Origin: Negaprion brevirostris
Taxonomy: Eukaryota
Assembly (NCBI GenBank): GCA_030324005.1
Contig: JARDVH010000001.1
Location: forward strand, 122,722,458-122,786,457
DNA: 64,000 bases
Direction: 5' to 3'
The translations under genes were made by a program, and so were the position numbers. The notes below the pieces were generated by a model. The model did not search any database. It worked only from the letters and a program-made list of their open reading frames with translations, and was not told the origin of the DNA. This document shows positions 1 through 11,935 of this stretch, one piece after another; position 1 is the first letter of the stretch, and each line of letters starts with the position of its first letter.

Positions 1-125
1 CCCTCCAGTCCTACCACCTTTCCATCGCTAACACCCGGCAAATTATTCACGTCCTCTTCCGTGAAGACCGAAACAAAGAAGTTATTCAAGACCTCAGCCA
101 TTTCCCCATCCCCTACCACTAAGTC
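1..125 (-). mobile_element. CR1 LINE ORF2 fragment (EN-RT linker)
   Basis: Reverse strand reads MAEVLNNFFVSVFTEED, the typical CR1 'EMAE.LN.YF.SVFT.ED' motif. Confidence 0.8.
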
Positions 126-1993
126 ATTGAATTATTGTCCTATTTTATAGCTCATTGTGCAATAACTGGACTGATTGTTTAATACAATATTGTTAGTAAA
201 CTTGAGCTATTTCATAATCTAGCTGTACTGTAGCATTGCTGAGACTGGTGTAATGCTAAAGCTGAATATGGTTTCTTGAATGTGGTATGGCTACATTCAG
301 TTTCTATAATCTAACAATTTGCCAAAATTAAGATTAGAGCGCAACTGCAAGTAATCATCACAAAATAATAAAGTAATTGTCATATTTCTTGATTTTGGTG
401 TCAAATAATGAGGAATTGTAAAGTATTTAACATGGTTGGCAAATGTCTAGGACAAATGTATTATAATTGGTTAACTTGTTTATTGAAAATTTTTGGAGAG
501 AATATTTACAAATGGGGACAAAGCCATTACCTCTGCCCACCTTCAGTCGTGGAGGTAAGTTAATGCTTAGACCCAAGCGTGAAGTGGAGAAAACTCCATT
601 GATACTAAGCTTCTTAAATTATCCACCCAAAGCCACTTATTCCCCCTTAAGAATGACGCACCTAATAGTCATACCCCAAATAACATATTCTATCACAAAT
701 ATTATTTTCGGGCAGAAACCTAGCTAGTTTGTATTTGAATGAAAAATATTATCTGCTTTCATTAGCACCTGAGGGAGTCTTTTCCAGAGATTGACCCTTG
801 CTCGCTGAAATAATAACCTGGGTTTTGCAGTTGTAATGTTGGCAAAAGTGTGATATTGTTTTCCGTCATTACAGCTGTGAAACTGACAGCAGCTTATCCT
901 ATCAGTTCAAACACAAATGTACAACTTCCCGTCAGTAGTTTCTTGCTCCTCCACTTGGTGCTCTGTTAAGGCCACTGCATTCTGTGATTTCAAAAATAGT
1001 TGAAGTGACGAGAACTTTCTTTTTTTTCCTGTAATATTATTTATATAAATCCCTGAAAGAATATGCCTTGTTAACGAAGTATAACTGAGTTTTAAATGGG
1101 TTAGTAGGTCAAAACTGTAACTGAACAAACTCTCTAGCTTTATATTTGTCGGAATTTTTCATTACGGTTTGTCATTTCTGAATATATTTTTAAACTTTGT
1201 TTGATATTTCAGCTTCTTAAGTGCATGTCCTAATAAATTATTTCATTTTTTGAAAGTTACAAAAATTTATGACTATTTGGTGCATTTTTCTACCTGGTTT
1301 GCAGAGTGGGTATGATTGGTTGCTTGAAACTAGCACTGTTGCTGGATAGCTCGTGATCCCCTTAACTTGGTGTCAGGTTCAAGTGAGCATCAGGAAAAGT
1401 GAAATCTGTTTCATAGAGATCACTAGATCTTTGTGGGCAGTTTTCTTTAAGGTCTTAAAGTCGCTGAGCATTAAAATCCAGATCAGTGTTTCTGTAGATT
1501 TGTTTTGAATATAATTCCCTTTCAAGTACAGATTGTGCCCAATGCTTCTGCAGTTCCAGTCAAAGTTAACCAACTTTCAAGTCTACATTATTGAGACAAT
1601 TTAGAATCATTAAAATAGCAAGCATATTACCCCTTACCCCTTTGCAATAAATACATGCCCAGTTTAGATAATTATTCCTCTCAATCAAATCATGCAATCC
1701 TATCAATCACTCTTGTTTTTTTTTCTTTTGTGTACTTTCTATCATTGGAATAGCCTTTTTCTCCTTGAGTGATCATAACTACATAGATCATTCTAAGTTT
1801 GGTGTGCCAGTGATTGGTGAAATGATAGTAATACTTCACTATTTTGGCTCAACATTGGCGTTTTAGCACAGTGTAACATTAAATGAGTTTTCCTTGCTGC
1901 CTCCAAGCATTTTTGTGATGGCTTCAATTTATTGTTGATCAGAACTTCTGCATCTTATTAATTTTCTGTTCACATCATTTTCTTGTTCTAAAG

Positions 1994-2476
1994 CAGTGAT
2001 GGACAACCGAGGCTAGTGAGGGGGCTACCTGAATGGCCCTCCTTCATCACAGTGAGCTGCAAGATTGAAATCAGGTTTGTTCGCTAACTATGACTACATG
2101 AATAATATTAAACAGATTTAATACATGTTGAATATTTCATAATGAGTTATAGAAAATGCTTAATCATTTATATGTTAATAGAGCTACCATCAACTTCAAA
2201 TGGTAAAAACAAAATAAATGTTTCCACTTTGGACGCAGAAGGAACATATGGCTCTCTCAGTCAACGTGAGCAATCAACATGCACATCATTGCACCTGCCC
2301 TTGCTTTATGTGTGAACCACTTTAGTCTTGGCAGTAAGGAAAGAAACTACATGTACGGAAATCAACCCAAATATGGCAACCCTGTATGTGGACAATGATT
2401 AACAAAACATCTCGTGGGCTTCACTCAGAATCCAGATGGGTCACATGGCCCCCGGGATGCACGTTGCGCAGCACTG
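1994..2476. mobile_element. Non-autonomous hAT (Charlie-like) DNA transposon/MITE
   Basis: Imperfect TIRs CAGTGATGGACAAC (1994) and reverse complement CAGTGCTGCGCAAC (ending 2476). Flanks ttctaaag / ttctaaga resemble a degenerate 8-bp TSD close to the Charlie NTCTAGAN target. Confidence 0.6.
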
Positions 2477-3270
2477 TTCTAAGATTTGTTTGGTGCTTCG
2501 CTGAGAGTTCCGAAAGTTTGTATGTTTAAGTATAAACGATTTACTCATAACTATAAATATATCCATAGTACTGCCAGGCATAGGTGCTGCCTCCATGCCG
2601 GTGCCTTCCAGACTCATACTCCGTAGACAGTCTGCTATTATGTGACTCTTTACATCACCGTGGATGCCACTGTACTCCAGTCTCACATGCACCCTGACTC
2701 TGCCAAGCACTTTTATTCTACTACTCCCCCAATTCCTTATCCAAGTACATGTGCAATGCAAATTTTACTTGCCATCCCCTTTTCTTTCCTTTCCCCACAT
2801 TCCCACCGCCCCCCTCCAAGACTCTGACTTCATAAATTCAGGACAGTCTGAAGACTTGAGAATGATTTCAGATCTCTCTTTCTCTCTTACATATGGAGGA
2901 ATGGTAGTCTCAGTTGCTTCAAATTGACTTTGTTAGTTTGCCATTGAAATTGCTGTGTTCTGTTCTTGGTACTTGGATATCTTTATTTAATTTGCTTTTT
3001 ATGCTCCTTTGAGTTGCATTTCTCTATTGACAACCCATCTGCTGTTTTCGGACACCATGAGTTTGAGCATTAGGGAATTTGCTGTACGTTCATAGTGGAC
3101 TTGGATTTTCTTTTTTCGTGGGGTCAGTCATGATCTTGCTGAATGTTGAAGTTTCAAAAATGGAACCTTCATTTCTGTGTTTCAGCTATTTAATTTTTGA
3201 CAACCCGTGGTTCTTGGTAAGTTTGAGGCATCCAGTGCTTTTTCTTCTAGTTCTTTGAGCTTCAGCATTG

Positions 3271-3505
3271 AAGAACAAAGAACAGTACAGCACAGGAACA
3301 GGCCCTCCGGCCCACCAAGCTTGCGCCGATCATGTTTACCTATGTAAACCAACTACTTTTAGCCTTCTATTCTCCGTTTGTTCATATGTCTGTCAAGATA
3401 AGTCTCAAATGTGGCTAACGTAACTGCATCAGTCATCTCACTTGGCAGTGCATTCCAGGCCCCCACTCCTATCTGTGTATAAAAAAAAAAAGCTTCCCCT
3501 GCATA
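3271..3505 (-). mobile_element. CR1 LINE 3' end fragment
   Basis: 'aacaaagaacagtacagcacaggaacaggccctccggcccacc' is the reverse complement of a shark CR1 3' tail, followed by RT C-terminal-type sequence. Confidence 0.75.
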
Positions 3506-3809
3506 GCCTTATATTTTCCAATCTTATTTCTGTTCTTTTTTTGACTGCAGCTAAGTTTGGTCCTTGTCCTTCATTTTGGTTTCTCTGTTAGCCAGGTCAG
3601 TCACCGACAGTTTCAGTTCTGCAAGTGTGCTTCATTAACTGTTTGCAGCTTGGAAAGTTCAATAATGGCTTTTTCTTTCAATGCCAAGCCTTTTTTCTGT
3701 TCAGTTGGTACTGATCTTCTGCTTCTTTCTTGTACCTCCTGGAATATTGAACACTGAATTTTGGAGGGCAGATAGGTACATAGGTGAGGCATGAAATGAA
3801 GTCTTGCAA

Positions 3810-4822
3810 TCAAATTTATATATTATTTGGAGAAAATGTCCCAAGGCTTTCCAGACACTGTTGTCAAAATGGGCAAAAAACTTAACTTGGACATTGTACT
3901 GGGGATGTTGATGAGTTGCTGGCCTCACATTCTGAAAACTTAACTGATGAAGAGCAACAAATGGCAGAAGAAGAAGAAGAAAATGCACCTCCTGGTGAAG
4001 AAATTCATCCTCGTAAAGTCTTTTAACTTTGCACATGTTTGGCTGAGACATTACAACATTTGGAAGCTGCCATGTCCCTGTTTGAGGAACATGACCTCAA
4101 CGTTGAATGCAGTGCATCAGTGAATAGGATCGTGTGCAACATGTACAGCTGCCACAGAGAAATTTACAAGGAAAAAAGAGCATCTGTCCACATGTCTTTG
4201 GATACTTTAAGAAAGCAGAGCAGACTCCAGAAAAACCTAAAGCCAAGAATCTGAAGAAGACTCCAGCCAGCGTACGTTCAAAATCCCCAGCTGAAGTCTA
4301 GACCCACCATGAGTCCAGGAATGAAGACGACACATTGCTGTCAGGTTTTAAAATTTTATTATGTTTGAAGCCCCCCCCACCAGGTCAATGGTAGTAAACT
4401 AACTGGAATTGTTTATTCACGTCTGTGTCCCAGCACATTTAGCACAAGACTGGCTAGGCAAGTTCCACGCAGTGTGGAGCTCGAGTCCTGGGTCACCTGA
4501 CCTGTTCTCTTAGCGGGAATGCCCCAACTCGCAAAACAAATTTTTGTGCTTTTTAGATAACTTGTAGGTAATGTATAGTGGACAGTACTGTTAGAGATAT
4601 ATCTGTACATTGCTATGATTTTTAATGTCTAATAGGTTACTGTTTATTGTCTATAATTGAATGCAAAATTTTGCGTTTTTATGTTGAAAATAAGGTATTG
4701 GGCTTAGTTCAAGGATTCACCCTCATTTGTAACATTGTTTCTTAAGTCGAAACTCAGAACTGATTTTCCCATAAGATGTGGTTTTCAGTAACCAATTGTT
4801 TTCGAAGTTAGAGGACTGCCTG
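3810..4822 (+). mobile_element. Tigger/pogo (Tc1-mariner superfamily) DNA transposon remnant, 3' half
   Basis: Decayed C-terminal transposase (DVDELLASHSENLTDEE; AMSLFEEHDLNVECSASVNR..YSCHREIYKEK). Right TIR 'cgaagttagaggactgcctg' is followed by TA. Confidence 0.75.
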
Positions 4823-4849
4823 TATTTGCAGCATTGGCATTGGACAGAA

Positions 4850-7290
4850 CAGCAAAGAGCGATGAATGTCCATCTTCTGAAAATTCTATTTTGTCAATGT
4901 TTAACACCATTTCACAATCACTACATTGATAAAGGCCTACTTTGCGTTTTTATCATGGTCTCAGATTGCTATTTCCAAGTATTTCTGCAAAACCAGCTGC
5001 CATAAAATCTGCTAAATTTACTTCTACCCCTTGCTATGCTCTCACCAAATCGTGCATTTTTCATTGGAAGACTTCAGTTGTTGAGTTGATCTCAAACAGC
5101 GTAAGCTACCATTGATATTGTCTCAAGTATCTGTGGATACTTGTAAAACAAGTAATTTGAAGTCTTAACATTCTATTAAGTCTTTTGGACATATTGGTGA
5201 ACTATTGATTCTAATTGATGGTGACTTATTTAAACATAAGTTGTTTGATCAAAGTGTGATGTAAGTTTTAAATTTGCACAGGTGACAGAGATGTTTCAGT
5301 GTTCTTTCTTGATCTATGTGAATTCCATGTCTGCCGTTAATGCCCTTGATACCTATGCACATGATTATCAATTCTGTATCATTACCGCTGCAAACAGATG
5401 CATCACACTGTTGAGTGACTGCTTCCTTCCTTGAGGTTATAATACTTACGAGGAAAAAAATTGCTTTGATTGCTTCATTTAAGTCAAGTGTGTCTGTTTT
5501 TGTGATCCCAAAATCATTGTGTCTTTCTGCATTAAATCTCTTGATGGCTTTATTATGTCTGACAAATGTGGAAGAAAACTACTCTAATATTGAGAAAGTT
5601 CAATCATTTCACTGGATCAGTTGGTGCAGACATCTCCAAAACCACTTAAAATTTGGCTGGATCTGCACCTTGCTGTTTTCCCATGCAATTTGTCCAGTAA
5701 AAGGAACTCTTACAAAACCGCTGCATGACGAAGACTGCTTCTCAGTTTATGTCATGGTCCCAAATTGCTATTTCCAAGTGTTTCTGTAAAACCCAGCTGC
5801 CATAAATCTGCTGAAATTACCTCTACCCCTTGCTGTGCTCTCACCAAATCATGCATTTTTGTTGGAAGACTTCAGATGCTGAATTGGCCCCAAGCAGCAT
5901 GCAGTGCCAGTGATATTGTCCAGAGTTCAGTGTGGATTTTTTTAAACAATCTGACATCTGTGTATGGAGAATTATGTTCCAATACCCATTTTGTATGTTG
6001 AGAACTGTAAAATTTTAGCATCATGTAGTTACATATTTAATCATTGGCGGAGGGTAATGCTCTTTCTGTCCTTGTCAAAGTAACCAGGTGCATAGTGCAC
6101 CATCCTTCGTGGGAACAAGTATGATCAAACTGATCAACGTGGTTGGTCATTGTAGGATGAGCAATGATGAACATGCAGGGTTTCTACAGTTTATCCCTTA
6201 AATTTATGTACACAGAATGGGATGTGTTGGGACTGGATCTACTGCCTTGGTATTCTCCCTCAACTTGTCCTATCTTATTAAATAAATGAGCAATTTCAGT
6301 GTGAAATGCTCCTTGCTGAGCAGCTTAAAATCATTTATCACCAATGTCTGTAATCCACTAAATGGTGTCACCATTATCTACAATTGCAAGCTCAAGTGAT
6401 TCAATTTTTGCGCATCTAAAATTTCTTGGGTTTCTTTTACCCTGCAGCCTTACCTATTTTAAAACTTGGGTAGTTCCCTGACTCCAGCTTAAGTTTAATG
6501 CAGTGTTGAGTCAATCAAACCAATAGGACTGATTTCATTGACAAAGATTCTTTTATTCTTGTTTCTTTGTCCTTCGCTTTAGCTATCCATCTGGCAGCAG
6601 GTGATTATTTTACATGGCATTTTATCGCAAAATGATTGTTCCTTCAAAATTTATCACATCGCTTCCAAATACTGGGCAAAGCTCTCCCTTGTGGAACTCG
6701 TTTCTTCCTACAATTCTCCAAGTCTGGCAAATTCATCCACAATGACGAGAAGCTTGCCTTTGTGTTATGGTTTCATGAGGCTTGAAAATTCTCCTTTTCG
6801 TTCTGTTTCTTCAACTCCCTGATCACCTTAAATTGCTGCACAATGGTCTCAGCTGCATGATTGTATCCACCTTTGATCTGATGAGTTTAACCTCTCGAAG
6901 TAATCTCTCTCTCTCTCTCGCATCTTTGAATCCACAAGAGTTAGAGTTGAACTTTCACACTTCCAGTGAAGTGTTGCAGTGCTGTACAATACTGGACATA
7001 CATTTTACCAGCATCCTGAATTTTGCTGTTAATTTTTTATTTCTCTTATGGAACATTCTTGGCTGGTGGTACTGAGAAATATTTCATCAGTGTCAGCTCT
7101 ACTGTTTCATTGTCCTTGGCCCAGTCGGACATTTACTGGATTTCAAGACCCTTAGGTGGTGACGGAGGCCCCCCACTGCCACACTGCATGTTTACAGCCA
7201 ACATGTCTCCCACATTGCAGTTGCAAAAACTCTGCAGGGCAGATAGTAGCTGGAGGGTGAGAAATAGAATTGAGTTTCCAGCTCAATGAT
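4850..7290 (-). mobile_element. Decayed Gypsy/Ty3 LTR retrotransposon internal region (gag-pol)
   Basis: Reverse strand carries frameshifted RT motifs (VP.KDG.L, REHYP.P, IFTVL..NGYW, EVFQ.KMHDL...QGVEV), RNase H 'QCDAS' near 5400, and gag-like sequence near 7100-7280. Confidence 0.7.
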
Positions 7291-8540
7291 CTTTTGTCAA
7301 ACTTTGAAGATGTTTGAGTTTGAACAGATTTTAAACAAATACAGAACGAGGGAACACAATCTGACTATGGGTGAATGAAACCAGAGCAGGCTGAGATTTA
7401 TTAGCTACTGTACAGATATTTAGTGTTGAAAGCTGATCTTAAAAGAAAACACATCAATTATTTGCCATTTCTAACATCTGGGCTAATCAAAGGTTCAGTG
7501 ATGTGTTTTCATGTCACCAAGTCACATGCCTTTCTCACTGGTGTGCCTTTGTGCTTGACATTTTGCATGTGGTATTAGCTTAATTGTTTCAGGACTGCTT
7601 GCAATCTTCTAACCAAGCTCTTGTATATATTGTGCAAAACAGCTCATTGATATAAGAAGAGGCCAATTAGTCATTTAACCTCTGAGTAAATGTTCTGATT
7701 TCAATTTTGGTTAGGTGGCATACGTTTAAAAAATAGATTCTCATGCATTAGTAGTGACTTGCTGTGTAGCTGAGTGTGATAACATGCGACCTCTTGAAAT
7801 CTCAACCTGCTTACATTCACTAATGAAAGTAACCTTCAAGTTCTTCCATGAAGCATATAAACTGAATCTCCAGCAAAAACATTTTGGTCTGTACATTCTC
7901 TTTTAACTGCTCAATGGTAAAAGCATTGTTTTCATTTCAGCAATGCTAGTCACTAAGAAAGACGTTTAAGTGTGTGCTCAGACCCAAATGTTAGGCTGGG
8001 AACCGGACATGAAATTATACACTTGCCATAATTATGCTGAGAGGGCTAGTATTTTAATGTTAGTATATGATAATCAGAATTTTTTTTTAAAAGACATGAA
8101 ATTTAGCATAGTCTGAGTTACCATGTTTTCCAACTTCAAAGGCACAAGGTATTTAATGGGGTTATAATCATGACAGACCCTGGTCAATTATTTTCTCCCT
8201 TTTTCGTTTTTAGCCACACCTTCCTGTCTCCCACATGCAAGATTGTTATAATATGAAGAGCTATAATTCAAACAGTTGTTAAATGCCTCTCTAAATCTTT
8301 TATGCGCATGATGTGCATATTGCATTTTCTAGGAATATGTGTGGGTGTGATCACAGTGAGAACAATTGTAATACATGAAGTTGCCATGACTGAGATGAGC
8401 CGATTCACTGTGGACTCTGGTTGGAATGAGTTTCCACACCATGTGGTCCATTTCCAATTTGGACCATTGGGGGAAAATTCATAAAATATTTTCCATGTAA
8501 ATTGCAGACAGATTTTACATTAGTATGCAGTAGAAGTAAA

Positions 8541-8925
8541 ATATTGTGGATGCCGGGTATCTGAAATGACAACACAAAATGGTGGAAAACAGTGAGAAAC
8601 AGAATCAACATTTCAAGTCTGTCTGACTCTTCAGAGCTAAAGAGGGGGAGAAATGCGATGTATTACATACTGGGAGTGGACCAAAGTAGAAGGTCAGTAG
8701 TAGGTGAGAGCTAGGAGAAACAGCAATAAAGATGGAATAAATAGTGCAATAACGATGCAATAAATAAGGCACAAGATAGTGGAAGTGTTAATGGAAGTGT
8801 GAAGGACAATGGTATCTGCTGATAATGGCATTGAGGTAACGTGTTACTATGAGAACAAAGCTCAGTGCTCATTGGAAGCAAAACTTAAGAGCAAATAACA
8901 GATGGGGTGCACTGGGAGAATGATT
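8541..8925 (-). mobile_element. Penelope-like element, inverted partial pseudo-LTR
   Basis: Clear inverted homology to 9410-9795, e.g. 'aaaacttaagagcaaataacagatg' vs 'catctatcatttgctcttaagtttt' and 'caaagtagaaggtca' vs 'tgatcttctactttg'. Confidence 0.8.
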
Positions 8926-8943
8926 TTTAATTTGCTGTTCCCA

Positions 8944-9127
8944 CGGTGTCGAGTGCCTCCCGTTACTTGTCTGGAGTGCGGCCAGATGGGCGCCGCCTCT
9001 GCCTTTACACGCAGCATGTTTGTTGGGAGCATGGTGCTAAAATGTTCGTAGACGACCTGATTCTGGCTCAGGGTTTTGTAAGTAGCAGAGCAGCTATCTC
9101 GCTGCGATCTATTGAAAGTCATCCCTC
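8944..9127 (+). rRNA. 28S (LSU) rRNA 3'-terminal fragment (pseudogene/retrocopy, not an rDNA unit)
   Basis: 'ttcgtagacgacctgattctggctcagggttttgtaagtagcagagcagctatctcgctgcgatctattgaaagtcatccctc' matches the conserved vertebrate 28S 3' end (TTCGTAGACGACCTG...GTAGCAGAGCAGCT..CTCGCTGCGATCTATTGAAAGTCA.CCCTC). It is CpG-rich against a CpG-poor background, and no other rDNA is present. Confidence 0.9.
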
Positions 9128-9800
9128 TGCAGTGGGGAAACCAAATTCAGACTAGGTGACTGCTTTGCAGAACACCTTCACTTAGTCCACAAGCATGATC
9201 CCAACCCTCCCATTGCTTGCCATTTCATCACGGCATCTTTCTATTATGCTTGTTCTTGGCCAGCTGTTATGTTCCAGTGAAGCGTGACACAAACTGGAGG
9301 AGCAGCACCTCATCTGATTAGGCACAGTACAGCTTTTGGTACTCGGCATTGAGCTCAACAACTTTTTATTGTGACCTTTCTTCTCAACTTTTGATTCCCT
9401 TTTAGTTTTCCCCCCAGTGCACTTCCCCATCCCCCCGCCCCCGCTCAGCCATCTATCATTTGCTCTTAAGTTTTACTTTCACTGAGCACCAAACTTTGAT
9501 CTATTATAAACGCATTCTACTATCTTAATGACACTATCAGCACCTTCCTAATTTTTCACACTGCCATTTGCACTTCCTTTGTGCCTACACATCTTTGTTG
9601 CAATCTCTCCGAGCTCCCACCTATAATTGATCTTCTACTTTGCTCCACCTACTCCACCCACTCCACCCATTTTATATGGTATGTAATCCATCATATTTCT
9701 CCCGCTTTTGCTCTGAAGTCGTACAGACCAAAATGTTTAGTGTGTTTCCCTCCATAGATGCTGCCAGACCTGCTGAATTTTTCCAGCATTTCCTATTATT
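9128..9800 (+). mobile_element. Penelope-like element 3' part (GIY-YIG endonuclease C-terminus + pseudo-LTR)
   Basis: Reads GETKFRLGDCFAEHLHLVHKHDPNPPIACHF...KLEEQHLI. Ends in the typical shark PLE tail 'agatgctgccagacctgctgaatttttccagcattt'. Confidence 0.85.
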
Positions 9801-10604
9801 ATATTAGTATGTACTTCTTGAGTCAACATACANNNNNNNNNNNNNNNNNNNNNNNNNNNNNNNNNNNNNNNNNNNNNNNNNNNNNNNNNNNNNNNNNNNN
9901 NNNNNNNNNNNNNNNNNNNNNNNNNNNNNNNNGAGTCAACATACATAAATCGTGTCTGAGCACTTGCTTGAAAAATCATGTTTTATTTTCCCACCCCATT
10001 GTCGATGCTGCCTGTTTCTTATTTGCAGAAATGCCTTTAAAGAGTGCTGTGAGAACATTGTATAACAGGAATTAACTGACTTTTTTCTAGCCAGTCACAT
10101 TTTAGAATTCCTGTATCACCACAATTACATAAAGTATGATAGTGTCAACTTTATTTGATCCAATATCTACAGTTATTAACAAATGTAATGGAAAGCAACA
10201 AAATACCAGAATCTGATTAAGTAGTCTTGCATTGTGGAACTGAGGCATATGTATCTTTTCATTTGGCGTATCAGCAGAATGCTAAAATTGAATCTAGGGG
10301 AATAGAAAAGGCTTTTAACTTTAGACAGATAAAATAAGTATTGGCTATCGTCCGCATAGGTCTGTAGTCTTTTTTAGAGATATGCAGTGATATGTAAAAC
10401 TTAAGGGGCTCCACTCTACAGGAAGGAGCAAAGCAAGGAGGTAGGCCTCCATGAACTGCCACAACTAGTATGCTGATAAGTAGTATTATGCTCTAGCCAT
10501 TGACCTGACTGACACTGCCCTCCCCTTCCCCAGACAGATAGTAAATGGTGTAGTTGTTGAAAATGTGTCAAAATACATGTACTCCACAATTAATTATGTA
10601 AGGT

Positions 10605-10960
10605 GTCAGTGTTAGACCTTTCACCTCTGTGGCAGAAGATCATGGGTTCAAGCCAAAAATGTGAGCACATAAGCTACGCTGGCATTTCAGTGGAATACTG
10701 AGTGTGTGGCACTAACAGATGCATTCCTTCTGGAATAACGATTAAATATAGACTCCACTTCCCATCTAGAATGAATTTAAAAGATCCTGTGGCCTCTCTT
10801 TGAAGAGCAACAAGGTGGCCAACACTCAACACTCAACCAACAAAATGAATTACCATTTTGTTTCATTACTGTTTATGAGATCCTGCTGTGTGAAGTTGGT
10901 TAACATGTTTCCCCACATTAAAGCTGAGAGTTCACTTCAAGGATAATTAGTTGTAAAAGT
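10605..10960 (+). mobile_element. DeuSINE (SacSINE1/AmnSINE1-like), old copy
   Basis: tRNA-like head ('gggttcaagcc'), Deu-domain remnants ('aaaagatcctgtggc', 'ctcaaccaaca', 'ctgtttatgagatcctgctgtgtg') and an L2-type tail. Confidence 0.7.
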
Positions 10961-11692
10961 CCTTTTCTTTATTGTATTCCTTATGCATGTAAATTTTGTC
11001 TTAGGCTTGCTGTATGTCCTGTTGTGGGTGGGCAAACCTGTTTTAATTGTGATGGCTCAACCAGCTCAAATTTGTGAAGGACAACCAAGCTGAGGTATGT
11101 AGATTAGCCATTTTGATTTACTTTCTCAGCAGTGTAGAATGCCTGTTTCAGTTAGATCATTCAACAGGTTTTATGCAATGATCCTCCTTTGCTTCATACT
11201 CCTATTTTGATTTGAGTGACAGACTTCAAGACTATTTTAATATGGATGTGGCTCATCCATATTCAAGCATGACCTGATCAAAAACAAAGGAATGTTTTTG
11301 CTACATGCATGCAGCTGTGCTATGCTTTTATCATGTTGTGAACTCTTTCATTGAACTGTTGTGTAATAAATTGACCTTAATTCAACCTTAATGAAACTGT
11401 TGGAAAAGCAGTCAGTTCAGAAATTGGTTGGTGGTTAAAAGTTTCCTCTCTCTTATTAGTGGAACATTTTATAGTGTAAATCATGGTGTTATTTGAACCA
11501 GAGTGATTGCTTAAATATATTCTGTAGTGGATCTTTTTCCTAATATGGTTCTGAAGATAGCTATTTACCAGACAAATCTATGGAATAAAATATAAAATGA
11601 GCCTGCCAAGTATTTCCAGACTTTTGTTATTGAAAGAACTATAAAGCTCCATGACACCTGGAGAGGCAAAGGGATAGTGAAGGAGAGTGAAT

Positions 11693-11935
11693 TGTGAAAT
11701 TATAATATGCCTTTAAGGGATAGCAGCATGTCATCACTAGAAGGGAAGTGTGTCGTATGATCCAGTTTTAGTTTCAATTTGGTCTGTGAACAGAACACAG
11801 CTGTACTGTTGATGTCTTCACGTTTTCTATTCATGTAAATAAGTTCTTTATATGCTTAACCTAAATGAACCCACAATGCGTTTATCCAATCCCTTACGAG
11901 TCATTTGGTGTTTTTATTTCATTATAAAAACAACA
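11693..11935 (+). repeat. 5' LTR of a Gypsy-type element
   Basis: TG...CA bounded. Direct repeat of 15231-15465, sharing 'gcctttaagggatagc', 'atccagttttagttt', 'cagaacacagc' and 'cattataaaaaca'. Confidence 0.75.

Noticed and set aside
8944-9127. Functional rRNA gene / rDNA array
   Set aside because: Only ~185 nt of the 28S 3' end is present, with substitutions and no upstream 28S, ITS or spacer.
9820-9945. Short direct repeats flanking ~100-N gaps (gagtcaacataca here; tggggatggcagac at ~20340/20453; tgtattccaatcctgtt at ~42651/42777)
   Set aside because: Typical unmerged contig overlaps across placeholder gaps, so assembly artefacts rather than TSDs.
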